A stretch of DNA of 64,000 bases from an uncultured Gammaproteobacteria bacterium (lineage in GTDB: Bacteria; Patescibacteriota; Patescibacteriia; SBBC01; CAIJZX01): contig CAZFGG010000001.1 of assembly GCA_964518425.1 (NCBI GenBank), positions 54,597 to 118,596 of the forward strand, written 5' to 3'. Below the pieces are notes generated by a model, which worked only from the letters and a program-made list of their open reading frames with translations, ran no database searches and had not been told where the DNA came from. Each line of letters opens with the position of its first letter. The first letter of the stretch is position 1. The translations under genes and the position numbers were made by a program. Positions 61,201 through 64,000 of the stretch are shown in pieces.

Positions 61201-62457
61201 TGTAGTTTTTGCCAGGACAACCAGCAACACAGCTGTTTGTCCGGAACAAATTGTACCTACTATTGCCAGGGAACTGCCCAACCGTGCACGACGGATGCCG
61301 TCTGCGGTAGTGGGAAGAGCTGCGGCCCGAAGAGCGTCTGCTCGCTTGATCAAACAACAATTTGCTCGGGCGACCCCGATTGTACCGGGGGGAAGGGCCG
61401 ATGTGTCCAAGGCGCCGCCTGTCAGCAAGTGTCGAGCTGTAGTCAGTACGGAGTCAATTTTAATCCCCAGCGCCAACAGTTCAGCGGCTACGCCTGGAGT
61501 TCTGCCTTGGGATGGTTGGACTTCAGTTTTCTCCAGGTTGGTAACCCGCCGTACTTACAGACTCGTCTTGGCGATATCTACGCTAAGGGACGCGTTGGAA
61601 ATAGTTTAACTATTCCCGCGCCGGGAGGTTTATGCAACGCCACCTACCTCATCTCAGCCGGTAATTCCATCACCAGTTTCTGCTCGGTCCAAGGCGCGGC
61701 CGGTTTGCAGTCGCAAGCTCCAACTATCCCCTCCGGCGGTCCAACGAATAGCTACACGAACGTTCTCGGACGGCTTGATGTCACCGGGTTAGAAAAAGAT
61801 GTCGGTGGCGGGAGGAATAAATTTGGCACCCCGATCGTGGCGCTGGCTCCGGACGTGACCAACGACATAAGTTATAGCTTTCCTGACTATGGTCCTGATA
61901 CCCTTGGCGGTAATCACATCCCGCTCAATGGGAAGATCTTTACCGTTGGGACCGGGGGGAGCGATACGATTACGATCAACCAGCTCCTTCGATTCCTGCC
62001 AGGGACCACTTCACCCATCAGCAGCGGGGCGGGAGTGTTGATTGTCAACGGTAACTTACGCGTCAACAACCAATTGACCTATCACTCAGACAGTGTTTCT
62101 ACTATTTCTGACCTTCGTTCGCTCGCCTCATTCGTCGTCATTGTCAAAGGCAACCTCTTCATTGACCAAACCGTCACCAACATGGTCGGGACGTACTATG
62201 TACTCGGTACGGTTTGCACGGCTCCAGGGTCTCAAGCGAGCTGCACGTACGTATCGAACGGCAGTCAGTACCCCTTAACTATCCGAGGTCTCCTGATCGC
62301 GAAAGCCTTTGGATTTAATCGGACCTATGCTGGCACCATCGACAATCCGTCTCCATCGGAATTGATTATCTTCGATGGTCGTTTCCAGTCAAACCCCCTG
62401 CCGGGCATGACGGATTTCGCTAGCGCTTTGCCAAATACCTCAGGAGCCAATCAGTAG
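58225..62457 (+). CDS. Large exported multidomain protein (propeller-like, CBM-like, GW repeats, Cys-rich, C-terminal beta-solenoid)
   Basis: DIWAVG/YHFDGTQW; NLLRNPDFE; LGWIS, LGWLSFN and SGYAWSSALGWLDF; IVNGNL.V...IVKGNL.I. Confidence 0.85.
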   Translation: MEQRPPTHQSTPDASRRMSLALKLAMVGALCLPLLISRSSQASFEAPSISTVNIIPTTFYGVWGNARHARLPTGNNLANDPTGDEENFYDIWAVGADTRGLAGGWPWLDKGSIYHFDGTQWSNVESDSDNNFDGQNQPTTFYSVVGQAPPGNGNAEIWFGGEADARDGCSTIHFFDTNEHLERVPETWRNLYRARVRDLNKLDCTQAGHNVNLDSDVYAMAADQNFVTGIVAGGANGMLYSHSVYYVAGTTKDTWDQISFPNTQNITGLAYALNRTAYAVGTTATTTDINGKHHLDRDCTNSGSQTSGLYKISGGVVFSLKSLSGACFYGLTVGNLPSIRPDHSANYVTIWIASSKGVYRYDEGSNTLTGPLSGTSGTVLRSITSVEQQGGTGQNLLRNPDFESWDSDPSNAATDLPNDNATTWLASDSFFGTNNSAGNCLDAVNNKNSKDVIVEGGSSNVDHGTYALKVAPAVYYNSQSNCNTNTNPQYTGFDAVFQTVPLTNWEGRKIHVTGKYKVQFTGAASAPHPQGGVSILCPTGGYSDPQDEPDCSYENRSAIRTANQGNTTGDPKADGKGFLTFDYTISVNNTQFFPRILGGTKSPRPTDAGMVLQIQCEGTYGAQVWCDDLHVEAVDEPALPAYDRFVVTAVGEAGNIMSTSDGRAVGIGGGDANAFIVERDDATSTDRLNGVWAVDPQHTYAVGQNSIIAQHRSGNVTGGIWVGTASPVSSGNATLGWISSNCANQRDASGSSLCTRSPDTFGLDFQNNQLSGRAWFGKQYTSATHEDQEATSLGSCQGTALLAGRPNTYSMTGACDRTNRWCFSDHNHACNRDFDCYGRCQKDQGVVCAVDLDCEGKTDLPVGTQTPQATSTKLSSPPALRQVCGSNNGSPQACTGLGWLSFNQADTGATPGSSCASNVDTCYRLQNNGDIIDGWGQFLTMANPNDPNQDIPNSWVHLRGADVCGGTSGTACASTAPNYGYYNCQNCTGALSCSFCQDNQQHSCLSGTNCTYYCQGTAQPCTTDAVCGSGKSCGPKSVCSLDQTTICSGDPDCTGGKGRCVQGAACQQVSSCSQYGVNFNPQRQQFSGYAWSSALGWLDFSFLQVGNPPYLQTRLGDIYAKGRVGNSLTIPAPGGLCNATYLISAGNSITSFCSVQGAAGLQSQAPTIPSGGPTNSYTNVLGRLDVTGLEKDVGGGRNKFGTPIVALAPDVTNDISYSFPDYGPDTLGGNHIPLNGKIFTVGTGGSDTITINQLLRFLPGTTSPISSGAGVLIVNGNLRVNNQLTYHSDSVSTISDLRSLASFVVIVKGNLFIDQTVTNMVGTYYVLGTVCTAPGSQASCTYVSNGSQYPLTIRGLLIAKAFGFNRTYAGTIDNPSPSELIIFDGRFQSNPLPGMTDFASALPNTSGANQ

Positions 62458-62478
62458 CCGGATCGCAGCATCAGTACT

Positions 62479-62507
62479 TTGACTTGCGGTAGATTTTATG
62501 CTATACT
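62479..62507 (+). promoter_or_regulatory. Sigma70-type promoter of pilM
   Basis: TTGACT(62479-62484), 17-nt spacer, TGc-TATACT(62502-62507). Confidence 0.65.
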
Positions 62508-62587
62508 CAAAAGGTGGATAAGGCGTTCTTTCTAGCCCATGCTCTCGTTCTCAAGATTTCTGGGCTGATGGACTCTTCATTGACGCT

Positions 62588-63652
62588 ATGCCAGCATTTT
62601 CTCCAAAACAAAGCTTTCTCGGAATAGATATCGGCACTTCTAGCCTCAAGGTGGTGCAAATTGGCGACGATAACGGCCGCCCGCGCCTGATGACCTACGG
62701 CTACATTGAACAGCGGAACGACATCGTCAAAAGTGACGCCGCCGCTAGCCAACAATCGGTCACGGCTGCCCTAAAATCGCTCTTACGCGAGGCACGCGTG
62801 ACGACCACGAAAGTGATCGCGGCCTTGCCGAGCTTCACTGTTTTTAGTTCGATCATCAGCCTACCCCTGATGACCCGGAAAGAACTCAATTCGGCCGTTC
62901 GTTGGGAAGCAAAAAAATTTGTACCGATGCCGATCGATGACCTTGTCTTGGACTGGAAACTGTTAAAGGAAAGTCCAGTCAAAGGCCAGCCTGCCGATCG
63001 CGCCCCGAAGAACCTCCGCGTCCTGATTACGGCCGCCCCCAAGAGCTTAGTCAAGCGATACATTGATATTTTTAAAGCCGCCGACTTACAGCTCGAGAAC
63101 CTTGAAACCGAAGCGCTGGCTCTCGAACGCTCCTTAATCGGGAGTGATCCGGCGCCGGTCATGATCGTCGATATCGGTGCCGTCGCAACGAACATCGCTA
63201 TCATGGTCGACGGTATTCCCTTGATCAATCGCAGTATCGATGTGGGCGGAGATACGATTACGAAGTCGATTGCCCAAAGCATGACCGTTGATCACGATCG
63301 GGCCGAACAATTCAAACGCGACTTCGGTTTGAGTACCAGCCAACAATCAATTTCCCAGGTCCCAAAAACAATTGAATTCGTCCTGAGCTCGATTGTGAAT
63401 GAAATCCGCTTCGTCTTGAATCTCTACCGGAACCAGGGGACTGGTCCGATTGAAAAAATTATTCTGGCCGGCGGTTCAGCTTTTCTCCTCAACCTGCCAG
63501 CCTATCTAGAAAAAACCTTGTCGATCAAAACATTCATTGGTGATCCTTGGGCACGGGTCGTCTACCCGGTCGAGCTCAAACCCGTGTTGCAAGAAATTGG
63601 TCCGCGTTTCGCGGTCTCGATCGGATTAGCCATGCGAGAAATCGTCGCCTAA
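62588..63652 (+). CDS. pilM: Type IV pilus assembly protein PilM
   Basis: LGIDIGTSSLKVV, EAKKFVPMP, VDIGA..TN, VGGDTIT and ILAGGSA: FtsA/actin-like fold. Confidence 0.95.
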   Translation: MPAFSPKQSFLGIDIGTSSLKVVQIGDDNGRPRLMTYGYIEQRNDIVKSDAAASQQSVTAALKSLLREARVTTTKVIAALPSFTVFSSIISLPLMTRKELNSAVRWEAKKFVPMPIDDLVLDWKLLKESPVKGQPADRAPKNLRVLITAAPKSLVKRYIDIFKAADLQLENLETEALALERSLIGSDPAPVMIVDIGAVATNIAIMVDGIPLINRSIDVGGDTITKSIAQSMTVDHDRAEQFKRDFGLSTSQQSISQVPKTIEFVLSSIVNEIRFVLNLYRNQGTGPIEKIILAGGSAFLLNLPAYLEKTLSIKTFIGDPWARVVYPVELKPVLQEIGPRFAVSIGLAMREIVA

Positions 63653-63656
63653 CATC

Positions 63657-64000
63657 ATGCCCGAGATTAATCTTCTTCACGATACGCAGCAGCCGGAGGC
63701 TCCGAAGAAACCTGAGGAACCGCGCCGGGAGTTTGCCGTGACCGACCCTTCGGCCGAAGAAAAACCGGGAATCGGGGGAATTTTCCGATCATTATTCCGC
63801 CGCCGTCCGAGCCCGAGCGGCCTTCCGCCGACCGTGGCGCCAACCCGGCCGGGGACAGGAAAAATGAGTCTCGGACGAACAACTGCGCCGGAACGTATCC
63901 TAAGTGAAACAAAAAAAGCTTCCCGCCCAGCGGTTATCCCACTGCCTGACGAAGAGGGCGGATATAATGTCAACCTCCTGACCGAGGACCTTGTTTCGAC
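63657..64000 (+). CDS. Partial ORF after pilM (possible PilN-like; 3' end outside window)
   Basis: MPEINLLHD...YNVNLLTEDL; INLL resembles the PilM-binding INLLP motif of PilN. Confidence 0.55.
   Translation, partial: MPEINLLHDTQQPEAPKKPEEPRREFAVTDPSAEEKPGIGGIFRSLFRRRPSPSGLPPTVAPTRPGTGKMSLGRTTAPERILSETKKASRPAVIPLPDEEGGYNVNLLTEDLVS

Overview
Chromosomal segment of a bacterium that looks like a Patescibacteria/CPR (Parcubacteria, probably ABY1-type). This is inferred from gene content, abutting genes that mostly lack Shine-Dalgarno sites and CPR-style protein motifs; genetic code 11 fits. Housekeeping genes are leuS (5'-truncated, with an in-frame Nudix insertion), tsaC, an MFS transporter, rsmA, recG, three tRNAs (Arg-GCG, Ser-TGA, Ser-GCT), comF, clpC, htpX-lemA and pilM. 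Two large surface-apparatus loci dominate the window. The first is a ~31 kb relaxase-less type IV secretion-like locus (5193-36601): three giant Cys-rich/Ig/FN3 exported proteins, VirB6-, PrgI-, VirB4- and VirB8-like genes, a TolB-like propeller, and two paralogous pilins with different C-terminal cargo, one a lytic transglycosylase. The second is a 12 kb array of paralogous exported proteins (50585-62457) directly upstream of pilM, with tail-fibre-like motifs and one C-terminal Hint domain. Small-scale oddities include a palindromic element inserted in frame in tsaC, a tRNA-Arg with a 16-bp flanking inverted repeat and a hairpin-interrupted copy of its 3' half, and two self-contained cassettes that share one regulatory architecture. 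All calls come from reading motifs by eye; no database searches were run.
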